DNA of 64,000 bases from Limnohabitans sp. (lineage in GTDB: Bacteria; Pseudomonadota; Gammaproteobacteria; Burkholderiales; Burkholderiaceae_C): positions 108,271 through 172,270 of the forward strand of contig VERE01000001.1 in assembly GCA_018882835.1 (NCBI GenBank). Reading direction: 5' to 3'. Shown one piece after another: positions 53,538 to 64,000 of the stretch; within the stretch, counting starts at the first letter, position 1; each line of letters starts with the position of its first letter. The notes beneath the pieces are model-generated. The model was not told where the DNA came from and made no database searches. It worked only from the letters and a program-made list of their open reading frames with translations. A program made the translations under genes and the position numbers.

Positions 53538-56129
53538 ATGGCAACCGCAGACCTCTCTCAGCATACCCCCATGATGGCGCAGTACTTGGCCATCAAGGCC
53601 GAGTTCCCCAGCACGCTGGTGTTCTACCGCATGGGCGATTTCTACGAGCTGTTTTTTGGCGATGCCGAAAAAGCTGCCCGCCTGCTGGACATCACCCTGA
53701 CCCAACGCGGCCAGTCTGCGGGACAGCCAGTGGTGATGGCAGGCGTTCCGTTTCACTCGGTCGAAAATTACCTGGCACGGCTGATTCGCCATGGCGAATC
53801 GGTGGCTATTTGCGAGCAAGTGGGTGAAGTCAGCGGCAAAGGTCCGGTAGAGCGCAAGGTGGTGCGGGTGGTCACGCCCGGCACCCTGACCGACAGCGAA
53901 TTGCTGACCGACAAAAGCGAATCCTTTTTGCTCGCCGTGCATGCCAGCAACCGTGCAGCACGTGCTGACGGCTGTGGCCTGGCGTGGCTGAGTTTGACGC
54001 AGGGCGAGCTGCACCTGGCCGAATGCGCCTCCGATGAGTTGCCCAACCTGTTGGCGCGCATTGCGCCGAGCGAAGTCGTCTTCAGTGCGGAATTGCCCGC
54101 CGATCTGCGCGCCCTGTTGCAAGGCCCGCACAGCCTGACCGAACGTCCTGCCTTTCAATTCGATTCCGCACTGGGATTGCGCAAACTCCTGGCGCAATTA
54201 CAAACCACCAGCCTTGGTGCCTGGCAAGCACAAGATATCGGACAAGCCCACGCCGCCGCTGCCGCATTGCTGGGCTATGCCGAACACACCCAAGGCCGCA
54301 GTCTGAGCCATGTGCAAAGCCTGCATGTGGAACGCGACGACCGGCTGATGGCATTGCCCCCGGCCACGCGCCGCAACCTCGAGTTGACGCAAACCCTGCG
54401 CGGCGAAGACAGCCCTACGCTGTTTTCCTTGCTCGATACCTGCATGACCGGCATGGGCAGCCGTACGCTCAAGCAATGGCTGCTGGAGCCTCAGCGCGAC
54501 CGCACCCAGGCCCTGCAACGCCTGGAAGCGATCGCCGCATTGCAAGGGCTGCAAGGCCATGGCCCCTGGCGCAATCTGCGCGAGAGCCTGAAAGGCATGG
54601 GCGATGTGCAGCGCATCAGCGCGCGCATTGCGCTACGCCAGGTGCGCCCGCGCGAGCTGGTCGCTCTGGGCCTGTCGCTGACCAAATCGTTGCAGGTGCA
54701 AGCCTTGGTACCCGAGAGCCCCTGGCTGGACAACCTGGCCAACGACCTGCAAGCGCCGCCAGACTGTGCTGAACTGCTGGGCCGCGCGCTGCTGCCCGAG
54801 CCAGCCGCCCTGGTGCGTGATGGCGGCGTGATCGGGCACGGCTTTGACGCCGAGCTCGACGAGCTACGGGCCATTCAAAACAACTGCGATGACTTTTTGC
54901 TGGACCTGGAAGTTCGAGAGCGCGCCCGCACCGGCATTGCCAACTTGCGGGTGCAGTACAACAAGGTGCACGGCTTTTACATCGAAGTCACCCAAGGACA
55001 GCTCGACCGCGTACCCGAAGACTATCGGCGACGCCAAACCCTGAAGAATGCCGAGCGCTTCATCACCCCCGAGCTCAAGGCCTTTGAAGACAAGGCCTTG
55101 TCTGCCCAAGAGCGCGGCCTGGCTCGGGAAAAATGGCTGTACGAACAATTGCTGGACTCGCTGCAAGCCTTCGTGCCGGCCCTGGGGCGGGTGGCCCGTG
55201 CGCTGGCCACCCTGGACGCCTTGTGCGCCCTGGCCGAGCGCTCGCTCACGCTGAATTGGTGCGCTCCGCAGTTTGTGAAAACGCCTTGCATCGAGATTCA
55301 AGCAGGACGCCATCCGGTGGTACAAGCGCGACTGGCAGAAACCGGTGGCGGCGCTTTCATTGCCAATGACACGCAGCTGGGGCCGACACAGCGCATGCAA
55401 GTCATCACCGGCCCCAATATGGGCGGCAAGTCTACCTACATGCGCCAGGTCGCCTTGATCGTGTTACTGGCTTCTATTGGCAGCCATGTGCCCGCGCAAA
55501 ACTGTCGACTCGGCCCCATTGATGCCATTCACACCCGCATTGGCGCGGCCGATGACCTGGCCAATGCCCAATCCACCTTCATGCTGGAGATGACCGAGGC
55601 CGCACAAATTTTGCATGCTGCCACGCCACACAGCCTGGTGCTGATGGATGAAATCGGGCGTGGCACCTCCACCTTCGATGGCCTGGCCTTGGCCTCGGGC
55701 ATTGCCACGCATTTGCATGACAAGACCCAGGCCTTCACTTTGTTTGCCACGCACTACTTCGAGTTGACCGAATTCCCATCCAGCCACCGCGCAGCTCTGA
55801 ATGTGCATGTGAGCGCCACCGAGGGCGGCAACGACATTGTGTTTCTTCATGAAATCCAGCCGGGCCCTGCCAGCCGTAGCTATGGCATCCAGGTGGCCCG
55901 ATTGGCGGGCATGCCCACGCCCGTGCTGAACCACGCGCGCCACGCCCTGAGCGCGCTCGAAGCCAATGCAGACGCCTCCCGCACGCAGGTGGACTTGTTT
56001 GCGCCGCCCCCCGAGGCCGCGCATGCCGGACCCACGCCGCTGGAAGCCCGGCTTTCACAAATTGACCCCGACGCACTCAGCCCCCGTGAAGCGTTGGACG
56101 CCCTTTACTCTCTGAAAAAACTGCTATGA
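53538..56129 (+). CDS. mutS: DNA mismatch repair protein MutS
   Basis: [34 protein letters not shown]. Confidence 0.97.
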   Translation: MATADLSQHTPMMAQYLAIKAEFPSTLVFYRMGDFYELFFGDAEKAARLLDITLTQRGQSAGQPVVMAGVPFHSVENYLARLIRHGESVAICEQVGEVSGKGPVERKVVRVVTPGTLTDSELLTDKSESFLLAVHASNRAARADGCGLAWLSLTQGELHLAECASDELPNLLARIAPSEVVFSAELPADLRALLQGPHSLTERPAFQFDSALGLRKLLAQLQTTSLGAWQAQDIGQAHAAAAALLGYAEHTQGRSLSHVQSLHVERDDRLMALPPATRRNLELTQTLRGEDSPTLFSLLDTCMTGMGSRTLKQWLLEPQRDRTQALQRLEAIAALQGLQGHGPWRNLRESLKGMGDVQRISARIALRQVRPRELVALGLSLTKSLQVQALVPESPWLDNLANDLQAPPDCAELLGRALLPEPAALVRDGGVIGHGFDAELDELRAIQNNCDDFLLDLEVRERARTGIANLRVQYNKVHGFYIEVTQGQLDRVPEDYRRRQTLKNAERFITPELKAFEDKALSAQERGLAREKWLYEQLLDSLQAFVPALGRVARALATLDALCALAERSLTLNWCAPQFVKTPCIEIQAGRHPVVQARLAETGGGAFIANDTQLGPTQRMQVITGPNMGGKSTYMRQVALIVLLASIGSHVPAQNCRLGPIDAIHTRIGAADDLANAQSTFMLEMTEAAQILHAATPHSLVLMDEIGRGTSTFDGLALASGIATHLHDKTQAFTLFATHYFELTEFPSSHRAALNVHVSATEGGNDIVFLHEIQPGPASRSYGIQVARLAGMPTPVLNHARHALSALEANADASRTQVDLFAPPPEAAHAGPTPLEARLSQIDPDALSPREALDALYSLKKLL

Positions 56130-56953
56130 CGTACTGTGTAGGCATCAAACTCAAAGCGGGTCTGGTTTTTTTGTCTGACTCCCGGACCAATGCCGGGCTG
56201 GACCAGATCAGCACGTTTCGCAAGATGATCGTTTACGAAAAGCCGGGCGACCGCTTCATGGTCTTGCTGTCGGCAGGCAACTTGAGCATCTCGCAATCGG
56301 TGCGTGAAATCCTGCAGGTCGAGCAACTCAAAGAAACGCCCGAAAGCGAACCCATCACCATCTGGAACGCGCAAAGCATGTTCGATGCAGCGCGCGTCTT
56401 GGGTTCCGCCGTTCGGCATGTGCACGAACGCGATGCCGCCTCGCTGAAAGCCTCAGGCGTGGAGTTCAACGTCTCTCTTATTTTTGGCGGCCAGATCAAG
56501 GGCGAAGGCATGCGCCTGTTCCAGGTTTATTCGGCTGGCAACTTCATTGAAGCCACCTCTGAAACGCCCTACTTTCAGGTGGGCGAATCCAAATATGGCA
56601 AGCCGGTGCTGGATCGCGTTCTGACACCGCAAACCCCTTTGAACGAAGCCGCCAAGTGCGCCTTGGTGTCCATGGACTCCACTCTCAAGTCCAACCTCTC
56701 GGTGGGCTTGCCGCTGGACATGGTGGTGTACCAGGCCGACCAACTGCAAAGCGACCAGGTGCTGTGCATCGACGACAGCAACGCCTATTTCAAAATGCTG
56801 CGCAACAGTTGGGGCCAAAAACTGCGCCAGGTGTTTGACGAACTGGAAGACCCGATGTGGCATGGCGAGGCCACCGATGTACCGATCCTGACGCCCGAGG
56901 CCCAATCGCGTGCCCTGAAAAAAATCGCTACGCCTGACGAAAAATTAATCTGA
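56126..56953 (+). CDS. Proteasome-type (Anbu-like) Ntn protease
   Basis: MTYCVG (Thr1), [33 protein letters not shown]; ATGA overlap with mutS. Confidence 0.88.
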   Translation: MTYCVGIKLKAGLVFLSDSRTNAGLDQISTFRKMIVYEKPGDRFMVLLSAGNLSISQSVREILQVEQLKETPESEPITIWNAQSMFDAARVLGSAVRHVHERDAASLKASGVEFNVSLIFGGQIKGEGMRLFQVYSAGNFIEATSETPYFQVGESKYGKPVLDRVLTPQTPLNEAAKCALVSMDSTLKSNLSVGLPLDMVVYQADQLQSDQVLCIDDSNAYFKMLRNSWGQKLRQVFDELEDPMWHGEATDVPILTPEAQSRALKKIATPDEKLI

Positions 56954-57003
56954 GCCTGTGAGCACTGCCCCCCTGCTGCGAATTTTTGCGCGTACCGACG
57001 GCC

Positions 57004-57855
57004 TCACGCCGACCAGCTGACCCAGCCGCCCCAGGAGGTCAGCAGCACCACACAGCCAAAGGCAATGCGGTACCAGGCAAAAGGCACAAAGCTGTGCGAG
57101 GCGATGTAACGCAACAGCCAGCGAACGCAGACCCAGGCACTCAAGAAAGAAAACAACAGTCCCACCAAAAAGACGGGCAAGTCGGCCATGCTGAGCAAGG
57201 CACGCTCCTTGTAGAGGCTGTAAGCACCGGCACCGATCAAGGTGGGGATGGCCAGGTAAAAGGAAAAATCGGTGGCAGCCTTGCGGCTCAAGCCCAACAA
57301 CATGCCGCCAATGATGGTAGCGCCGCTGCGGCTGGTACCCGGCACCATGGCCAAGCACTGCACCAAGCCCACCTTGAAAGCGTCTTTCGGGGTCATCGAC
57401 TCGACGTTCTGAATGCGCGCATGGTCGTTCGGATGTTCATCGGGCTTGCGGCGACTGCCCCAACCTTCGACCCACAAAATGATGAAGCCACCCACAATGA
57501 ACGTGCTGGCCACCACCGTTGGCGTGAACAAATGCGACTTGATGAATTTGCCAAACAACAGGCCCAGAACTACCGCAGGCAAGAAGGCGATCAAAACGTT
57601 GAGGGCAAAGCGCCGAGCCATGCGTTGCGTGGGCAAAGCCACAAGGGTGCCGGCAATCTTGTGCCAATACACAATGACCACTGCCAGAATGGCGCCTGTC
57701 TGGATGGCGATGTCGAAAACCTTGGCCTTTTCGCCTTCGAAGCCCAGCAAGGCACCCGCCAAAATCAGATGTCCGGTGGATGAGATGGGTAAAAACTCGG
57801 TCAGCCCTTCGACCACGCCCATCACGGCGGCCTTCAACAACACAATGAAATCCAC
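57004..57855 (-). CDS. uppP: Undecaprenyl-diphosphate phosphatase
   Basis: [27 protein letters not shown]; GTG start. Confidence 0.94.
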   Translation of the reverse strand: MDFIVLLKAAVMGVVEGLTEFLPISSTGHLILAGALLGFEGEKAKVFDIAIQTGAILAVVIVYWHKIAGTLVALPTQRMARRFALNVLIAFLPAVVLGLLFGKFIKSHLFTPTVVASTFIVGGFIILWVEGWGSRRKPDEHPNDHARIQNVESMTPKDAFKVGLVQCLAMVPGTSRSGATIIGGMLLGLSRKAATDFSFYLAIPTLIGAGAYSLYKERALLSMADLPVFLVGLLFSFLSAWVCVRWLLRYIASHSFVPFAWYRIAFGCVVLLTSWGGWVSWSA

Positions 57856-57933
57856 ACCAACTCCGCAGATCCGAAAACGACAATTATCGCGCGTCGTGCC
57901 TCTGTGTCGGGAGGACGCCCTAAAATGGTGGCC

Positions 57934-59754
57934 ATGAGTTCGTCCCCCGCATCTTCCCAGCCTGCAGCTGACGCTGCCGAAGCGCACAAGCCCAGCAATT
58001 TTTTGCGCCAGATCATCGAGAGCGACCTGGCAAACAACCGCTACGCCAGCCGGCGTTGGGGCGGCTCACCAGGCGATGCGCAACACCATGCCAAGGGCGA
58101 GCCCGACCCAGCCAAAATTCGCACCCGCTTTCCGCCCGAGCCCAATGGCTATCTGCATGTGGGTCATGCAAAAAGCATCTGCATCAACTTCGGCCTGGCC
58201 AGAGACTATGGCGGCGTCTGCCACATGCGATTTGATGACACCAACCCGGAGAAAGAAGACACCGAGTACGTCAACGCCATTCTGGATGCCGTGCAATGGC
58301 TGGGCTTCGATTGGGACAGCCACTACAACGGCCAGACCACGACCCACCTGTACCAGGCCAGCGATTACTTTGACTTCATGTACCGCGCGGCCGAAACCTT
58401 GATCGAGCGCGGCCACGCGTATGTGGATGAACAGTCTGCTGAAGAAATGCGTCTGAACCGTGGCGACTTCTCCACCCCTGGCAAAGACAGCCCGTTTCGC
58501 ACGCGCACCCCCGCTGACAACCTGGCGCGCTTTCGCGCCATGCGAGACGGCCAGCTGGCCGACGGCGCTGCTGTGCTGCGCGCCAAAATCGACATGGCCT
58601 CGCCCAACATCAACATGCGCGATCCGGCCATCTACCGCATTCGCCGAGCCACGCATCACCACACAGGCGACCGTTGGTGCATTTACCCGATGTACACCTT
58701 TGCGCACCCGATCGAGGACGCGCTGGAACAGATCACGCACAGCATTTGCACCCTGGAGTTCGAAGACCAGCGCCCGTTCTACGACTGGTTGCTCGAACGC
58801 CTGACCGAGGCCGGCTTGCTGCAAGCCCCGCCACCGCGCCAGTATGAATTTGCCCGCCTCAACCTGACCTACGTGGTCACCAGCAAACGCAAACTGGCGC
58901 AGCTGGTGAACGAGCAGCGTGTCAGTGGCTGGGACGACCCGCGCATGCCCACCATCGTGGGCTTGCGTCGCCGCGGCTACACCCCCGCCAGCCTGCAGTT
59001 GTTTGCCGAGCGCATTGGTGTCACCAAAAGCGACAGTTGGATTGACTACAGCACCCTGGAAGGCTGCTTGCGGGAAGACCTCGAAGCCCAGGCCGCACGT
59101 GCCATGGCCGTGCTGGAGCCCGTCAAGCTGGTCCTGACCAATTGGGACGAAGTGATGGGCGCTGGCGTGACCGACACCTGCAGCGCCCCGGTGCATCCGC
59201 ACCACCCCGAGCGCGGCCAGCGCAGTTTCAAGATTGGCCGCGAAGTCTGGATCGAACGCACCGACTATGAAGAAACGCCCCCCAAGGGCTTCTTCCGGCT
59301 GTTCCCTGGCAACAAGGTGCGCTTGAAGTACGGCCACGTGGTCGAATGCACCGGCGCCGAAAAAGACGCACAAGGCCAGGTCACCCAGGTCTTGGCCAAG
59401 CTGATCCCTGACACCAAAAGCGGCACCCCTGGGGCCGACAGCGTCAAGGTGAAGGGTGTCATCACCTGGGTGGGCGCCGACGATGGCGTGGCTGCCGAAG
59501 TGCGCCTGTACGAGCGCTTGTTCAGCGACCCGCAGCCCGATGCGGGCGGCAAAGACTTTCTCGCCTGCCTCAACCCCGACAGCTTGCGGGTGGTCACGGC
59601 CTATGTCGAGCCTTCACTGGCGCAATGCAGTGGGGACACCCGCTTTCAATTCGAGCGCCACGGCTACTTTGTGTCAGATCGCATCGACCATGTCCCCGGC
59701 AGCAAGCCCGTCTTCAACAAAGCCACAGGACTGAAAGATTCCTGGGGCAAATAA
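57934..59754 (+). CDS. glnS: Glutamine--tRNA ligase
   Basis: [32 protein letters not shown]. Confidence 0.95.
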   Translation: MSSSPASSQPAADAAEAHKPSNFLRQIIESDLANNRYASRRWGGSPGDAQHHAKGEPDPAKIRTRFPPEPNGYLHVGHAKSICINFGLARDYGGVCHMRFDDTNPEKEDTEYVNAILDAVQWLGFDWDSHYNGQTTTHLYQASDYFDFMYRAAETLIERGHAYVDEQSAEEMRLNRGDFSTPGKDSPFRTRTPADNLARFRAMRDGQLADGAAVLRAKIDMASPNINMRDPAIYRIRRATHHHTGDRWCIYPMYTFAHPIEDALEQITHSICTLEFEDQRPFYDWLLERLTEAGLLQAPPPRQYEFARLNLTYVVTSKRKLAQLVNEQRVSGWDDPRMPTIVGLRRRGYTPASLQLFAERIGVTKSDSWIDYSTLEGCLREDLEAQAARAMAVLEPVKLVLTNWDEVMGAGVTDTCSAPVHPHHPERGQRSFKIGREVWIERTDYEETPPKGFFRLFPGNKVRLKYGHVVECTGAEKDAQGQVTQVLAKLIPDTKSGTPGADSVKVKGVITWVGADDGVAAEVRLYERLFSDPQPDAGGKDFLACLNPDSLRVVTAYVEPSLAQCSGDTRFQFERHGYFVSDRIDHVPGSKPVFNKATGLKDSWGK

Positions 59755-59757
59755 AGC

Positions 59758-60249
59758 TTACTGAACCGGGCCTTTGAGCGCGGCTGGAATGGGCAGGGGC
59801 ATCACGGCGATGCCCTCCTCGTGGAGCGCTTCGGTTTCTTCGCGGCTGGCCTGGCCGCGAATATTGCGCTCTTGCGATTCGCCGTAGTGAATTTTGCGCG
59901 CTTCGTCGGCAAATTTATCGCCCACATCTTCGGTATGGGCCATCACATGCTGGACCATTTGCAGCCAGGCAGCTTGCAATTGCTGGGGCGCCAAACTGGC
60001 AACCTCGTGAGAGATCGGGGCGCTGCTTGGAGTTGCGGCAGGAGCCTCCGTGACAGGCTCTAACGGCCTGTCTCCGCGGGAGGTGGCCAGATTCAGCCGG
60101 GGGGCGCTGAGTTTTTTGCTAATGTCACGGTCACCGCACAAAGGGCACTCGACCAGGCCACGTGCCAGTTGCCCCTGGAAGTCGTCTTCCGAGGCAAACC
60201 AGCCCTCAAAGGCATGCGAATGGGTGCACTGCAGGTCCAAGACTTTCAT
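59758..60249 (-). CDS. DUF1178 family protein
   Basis: C.H.H.FEGWF, CPLC, FADEARKIHYGE. Confidence 0.88.
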   Translation of the reverse strand: MKVLDLQCTHSHAFEGWFASEDDFQGQLARGLVECPLCGDRDISKKLSAPRLNLATSRGDRPLEPVTEAPAATPSSAPISHEVASLAPQQLQAAWLQMVQHVMAHTEDVGDKFADEARKIHYGESQERNIRGQASREETEALHEEGIAVMPLPIPAALKGPVQ

Positions 60250-60285
60250 GACTTGAATTATGGCTCAGGAAGACCCGGCAGCGTT

Positions 60286-60852
60286 TCAAGCCCAGGACAA
60301 TTCCCAAGTCCCTGCCAGGACGTTTTGCAGCCACAAGGCCCCCGTCAAAGTTTTGGCATCGGTCACCTGGCCTTGACGACACCAGTCCATCAATTCCTGG
60401 GGCGTGGCGGTGAACACCTCCAGAAATTCCTCGTCGTCGAGTTGTCGGGCCCCGGCCTGCAAACCGCGCGCAAACCAGATCTCGATGAACTCGGTTGAAT
60501 AGCTGATCACAGGATGCAACACGCCCGCCCGCGCCCACTCACGCGCGGTGTAGCCAGTTTCCTCGAGCAACTCTCTGCGCGCACAGCGCAAGGGTTCCTC
60601 GCCAGGGTCCAGTTTGCCCGCAGGGAATTCGATCATCACTTGCTGTACGGGGTAACGGAATTGGCGCTCCAACACCACACGGCCATCATCGAGCAATGGA
60701 ATCACCATCACCGCGCCCGGATGCACCACATACTCACGTGTGGCCTCGCGCCCATTGGGCAAACGCACCGTGTCACGGAAAGCATGCAGGAAATGGCCCT
60801 GAAGCAGCTCCACGCCGTGCAGGCGTTGCTCGATCAGGGCCTTGTCATCCAT
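60286..60852 (-). CDS. NUDIX hydrolase (ADP-ribose pyrophosphatase-like)
   Basis: Nudix box GKLDPGE...ARRELLEETGY. Confidence 0.92.
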   Translation of the reverse strand: MDDKALIEQRLHGVELLQGHFLHAFRDTVRLPNGREATREYVVHPGAVMVIPLLDDGRVVLERQFRYPVQQVMIEFPAGKLDPGEEPLRCARRELLEETGYTAREWARAGVLHPVISYSTEFIEIWFARGLQAGARQLDDEEFLEVFTATPQELMDWCRQGQVTDAKTLTGALWLQNVLAGTWELSWA

Positions 60853-60871
60853 GACGGATGAGGGCGGCGTC

Positions 60872-62359
60872 TCAGCTGCCCAGTGACTGCACGATGGCCT
60901 GGGCGCACAAGGCCATCAGCCCCCCCGGCAACAGGCCCAGAATGAGGATCAGCGCGCCGTTGATGGACAGCACCACGCGCACATCGGGAGCTGCCGACAC
61001 CGTGGTGGCGGTCAAGGGCTTGTCGAAGTACATGACCTTGATGACGCGCAAGTAGTAGAAAGCACCAATCAGAGACATCATCACGGCAAAGATGGCCAGG
61101 GCCACAGCGCCAGTCTGGCCTGACGCCACCAGGGCCTGCAGCACCGACAGTTTGGCATAGAAGCCCACCAGCGGGGGCACGCCGGCCAGCGAAAACAGGC
61201 ACACGGCCATCACGCCAGCGTACAAGGGGCTGCGCTGGTTCAGGCCAGCGAGGTCTGCGATTTCTTCGCTCTCGAAGCCTTCGCGGGCCAGCAGCAAAAT
61301 CACGCCGAAGCTGGCCAGTGTGGTCAGCACATAGGTGATCACATAGAACATGGCCGAGCTGTAGGCATTGGCGGCCGAGGCGGTGTTGCCATTGACCACG
61401 CCCGACAGCAAGCCAATCAGCACAAAGCCCATTTGAGAAATGGTCGAGAAGGCCAGCATGCGCTTGAGATTGGTCTGTGCAATGGCGGCCAGGTTACCCA
61501 CCAGCAGCGAGGCCACCGAGAGCACCATCAGCATCTGCTGCCAATCGATGGCCAAGGGCAGCAACCCGTCCACCAAAAGACGCATGGCCATGGCGAAAGC
61601 GGCCAGCTTGGGCGCACCGCCAATCAGCAGAGTGACCGCTGTAGGCGCACCCTGGTAAACATCGGGAATCCACATGTGGAAAGGCACCACGCCCAGCTTG
61701 AACGCCAGGCCGCAGACCACGAACACCAGGCCCAAGACCAGCACTTGGTGCTTGACCTGGCCCGATGCCACCACCTGGAACACAGTGTTGATGTCCAACG
61801 AGCCGGTGGCACCGTAGAGCATCGACAGGCCATAGAGCAAAAAGCCGCTGGCCAGGGCGCCGAGCACGAAGTACTTCATGGCGGCTTCCGTGGCCACGCC
61901 ATTGTCGCGGCGCAAGGCCACCAGCGCGTAGCTGGAGAGGGTCAGCAATTCCAGGCCGAGGTACAGCACCAGGAAGTTGTTGCCCGAAATCATGACGAAC
62001 ATACCCAGCAAGGAGAACAGGCTCAGGGTGAACAATTCGCCGCCGCGCAGCATGTCACGGTCTGCCGCATAAGGACGGCCGTACACCAGGGTGGCCATCA
62101 TGGCGATGGCCGCAAAGCATTTGAGCCAGTTGCCCATGGGGTCGGATACCACCATGTTGCCAAAGCTGTACACCGTGGCACCGGTGCTGGCGTACAAGCC
62201 TTGCAAAAGCGCCACTGCGGCCAAGGTCAGCAAGGACAGGACATAGGTCACCGTGCGGGTGGGGGTTTTCACGCCCAGATCGACCAGCGCGATCACGCAA
62301 GCCATCACCAGCAGCAAAATTTCAGGGTAAGCCGTCACCCAACTCAGGTTGTCAATCAT
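60872..62359 (-). CDS. nuoN: NADH-quinone oxidoreductase subunit N
   Basis: EAAMKYF, FKLG.VPFHMW.PDVYQG, KRMLAFS. Confidence 0.96.
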   Translation of the reverse strand: MIDNLSWVTAYPEILLLVMACVIALVDLGVKTPTRTVTYVLSLLTLAAVALLQGLYASTGATVYSFGNMVVSDPMGNWLKCFAAIAMMATLVYGRPYAADRDMLRGGELFTLSLFSLLGMFVMISGNNFLVLYLGLELLTLSSYALVALRRDNGVATEAAMKYFVLGALASGFLLYGLSMLYGATGSLDINTVFQVVASGQVKHQVLVLGLVFVVCGLAFKLGVVPFHMWIPDVYQGAPTAVTLLIGGAPKLAAFAMAMRLLVDGLLPLAIDWQQMLMVLSVASLLVGNLAAIAQTNLKRMLAFSTISQMGFVLIGLLSGVVNGNTASAANAYSSAMFYVITYVLTTLASFGVILLLAREGFESEEIADLAGLNQRSPLYAGVMAVCLFSLAGVPPLVGFYAKLSVLQALVASGQTGAVALAIFAVMMSLIGAFYYLRVIKVMYFDKPLTATTVSAAPDVRVVLSINGALILILGLLPGGLMALCAQAIVQSLGS

Positions 62360-62372
62360 CTTCTTATCCCTC

Positions 62373-63851
62373 TTATTTGGGCAGCTTGGACTGAGCCACG
62401 TGGTTCAGCAACTCAGCCACCGAGGCATCCATCACGTCGGTGAAGGGCTTGGGGTCAATGCCCATGGCCAACACCGCCAGCGCCAGCAAAGACAGCATCA
62501 GGAACTCGCGGCCGTTGATGTCTTCGAGCTCGCGCACATGGTCGTGGGTTATTGGGCCCAGGTAGACGCGCTTGACCATCCACAGTGTGTAGGCAGCGCC
62601 AAAAATCAAGGCGGAGGCCGCCGCAGCACCCAACCAGAAGTTGGCCTTGATGGCCCCCAGAATGACCATCCATTCGCCGACAAAACCCGCGGTGCCCGGC
62701 AGGCCACAGTTCGCCATGGCGAACAACAAGGCGAAGGCCGCAAACTTGGGCATGGTGTTGACCACGCCACCGTAGCTGGCAATTTCACGCGAGTGCACAC
62801 GGTCGTACAGCACGCCGATGCACAGGAACATGGCACCCGACACAAAGCCGTGGGCAATCATCTGCACCAAGCCGCCGGCCACACCCAGGTCATTGAAAAT
62901 GAAGAAGCCCAAGGTGACAAAGCCCATGTGCGCCACCGAGGAGTAGGCCACCAGCTTTTTCATATCCTGCTGAACCAGCGCCACCAGGCCCACATAAATC
63001 ACCGCAATGAGCGACAGGGCAATCATCAGCCAGGCCCATTCGCGCGCTGCATCCGGGGCGATCGGCATGGAGAAGCGCAGGAAGCCATAGGCACCCAGCT
63101 TCAACATGATGGCGGCCAGCACGGCCGAGCCGCCCGTGGGCGCCTCCACGTGCACATCAGGCAACCAGGTGTGCACCGGCCACATCGGAACCTTCACGGC
63201 AAACGCCGCAAAGAAGGCAAAGAACAACAAGGTTTGCACCGTGCCCGGCAAGGGCAGTTTGTGCCAGGTGGCCAGGTCAAAGCTGCCAACTGACTGGATG
63301 TAGAGGTAAATCAGCGCCACCAGCATCAACAGCGAGCCCAGCAAGGTGTAAAGGAAGAACTTGAAGGCTGCGTAAATTTTGTTCGGCCCGCCCCAGATAC
63401 CGATGATCAGGTACATCGGGATCAACGTGGCTTCGAAGAACACATAGAACAGCATGGCGTCTGCGGCAGTGAAAACGCCAATCATCAAGCCACTCAGAAT
63501 CAGGAAGGCGCCCATGTACTGGTTGACGCGCTCGGTGATCACTTCCCAACCGGCGATCACCACAATGACCGTGATAAAGGCGGTCAGCAACACGAACCAG
63601 AGGGACAGGCCATCCACCCCCAGGTGGTAGAACACATTGAAGCGCTCAATCCATTCAGATTTTTCAACGAACTGCAGGGCCGCACTGCCGTTGTCGAAAC
63701 GGCTGTACAACGGCAGGGTGACCAGGAAGCTGACGACCGACCCGATCAGGGCCAGCCAGCGAACGGCTTTTGCATGCTCGTCACGCCCCAGGGCCAGCAA
63801 CACGGCACCGAAGACTATCGGTGTCCAGATGGCAAGGCTTAACAATCCCAT
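62373..63851 (-). CDS. nuoM: NADH-quinone oxidoreductase subunit M
   Basis: [32 protein letters not shown]. Confidence 0.96.
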   Translation of the reverse strand: MGLLSLAIWTPIVFGAVLLALGRDEHAKAVRWLALIGSVVSFLVTLPLYSRFDNGSAALQFVEKSEWIERFNVFYHLGVDGLSLWFVLLTAFITVIVVIAGWEVITERVNQYMGAFLILSGLMIGVFTAADAMLFYVFFEATLIPMYLIIGIWGGPNKIYAAFKFFLYTLLGSLLMLVALIYLYIQSVGSFDLATWHKLPLPGTVQTLLFFAFFAAFAVKVPMWPVHTWLPDVHVEAPTGGSAVLAAIMLKLGAYGFLRFSMPIAPDAAREWAWLMIALSLIAVIYVGLVALVQQDMKKLVAYSSVAHMGFVTLGFFIFNDLGVAGGLVQMIAHGFVSGAMFLCIGVLYDRVHSREIASYGGVVNTMPKFAAFALLFAMANCGLPGTAGFVGEWMVILGAIKANFWLGAAAASALIFGAAYTLWMVKRVYLGPITHDHVRELEDINGREFLMLSLLALAVLAMGIDPKPFTDVMDASVAELLNHVAQSKLPK

Positions 63852-63898
63852 TTGTTTTCTCTCTGTTCAGTGTCGGGTGATCTTGCGGTCAGCCCGGT

Positions 63899-64000
63899 TC
63901 AAGGATTCAGCCAGACGAACCAGGTCATCAGCAGGAACACGCCCAGGATCATCACCAAGGCATAGTGGTAGAGGTAGCCCGACTGGAAGTGGCGAGCGAT
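63899..64000 (-). CDS. nuoL: NADH-quinone oxidoreductase subunit L, 3' end only
   Basis: Manual translation IARHFQSGYLYHYALVMILGVFLLMTWFVWLNP*; lies upstream of nuoM. Confidence 0.9.
   Translation of the reverse strand: MARHFQSGYLYHYALVMILGVFLLMTWFVWLNP

Noticed and set aside
52557-54197. 546-aa minus-strand ORF
   Set aside because: Antisense to suhB and mutS; shadow ORF

Overview
GC-rich betaproteobacterial chromosomal segment. Gene content and order suggest Comamonadaceae, probably a Limnohabitans-like organism (inferred, not tested). It is densely coding and mostly housekeeping: parCE, dapA-bamC, dut-coaBC, pyrG-kdsA-eno-ftsB, hslO, xerD, murB, plsY, rpsU, pmbA, cysE-trmJ, suhB-mutS, uppP, glnS and nuoLMN. 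I saw no rRNA, tRNA, CRISPR array, transposase or prophage. The most unusual signal is a dispersed ~105-118 bp palindromic element, present as two full copies and one half copy. Each arm combines a GGGGTCAGGTCTTGA terminus with a perfect DnaA box at fixed spacing, and the element supplies the last codons and stop (GVRS*) of three unrelated genes. Also notable are a two-gene cyanophycin synthetase locus whose paralogs have complementary active-site losses, flanked by a Zn-ribbon ABC exporter and a DUF1854 gene; a LexA-boxed radical SAM gene; a proteasome-type (Anbu-like) protease coupled to mutS; and many apparently leaderless or bidirectional promoters. Product calls come from motif recognition only, and start codons are best estimates.
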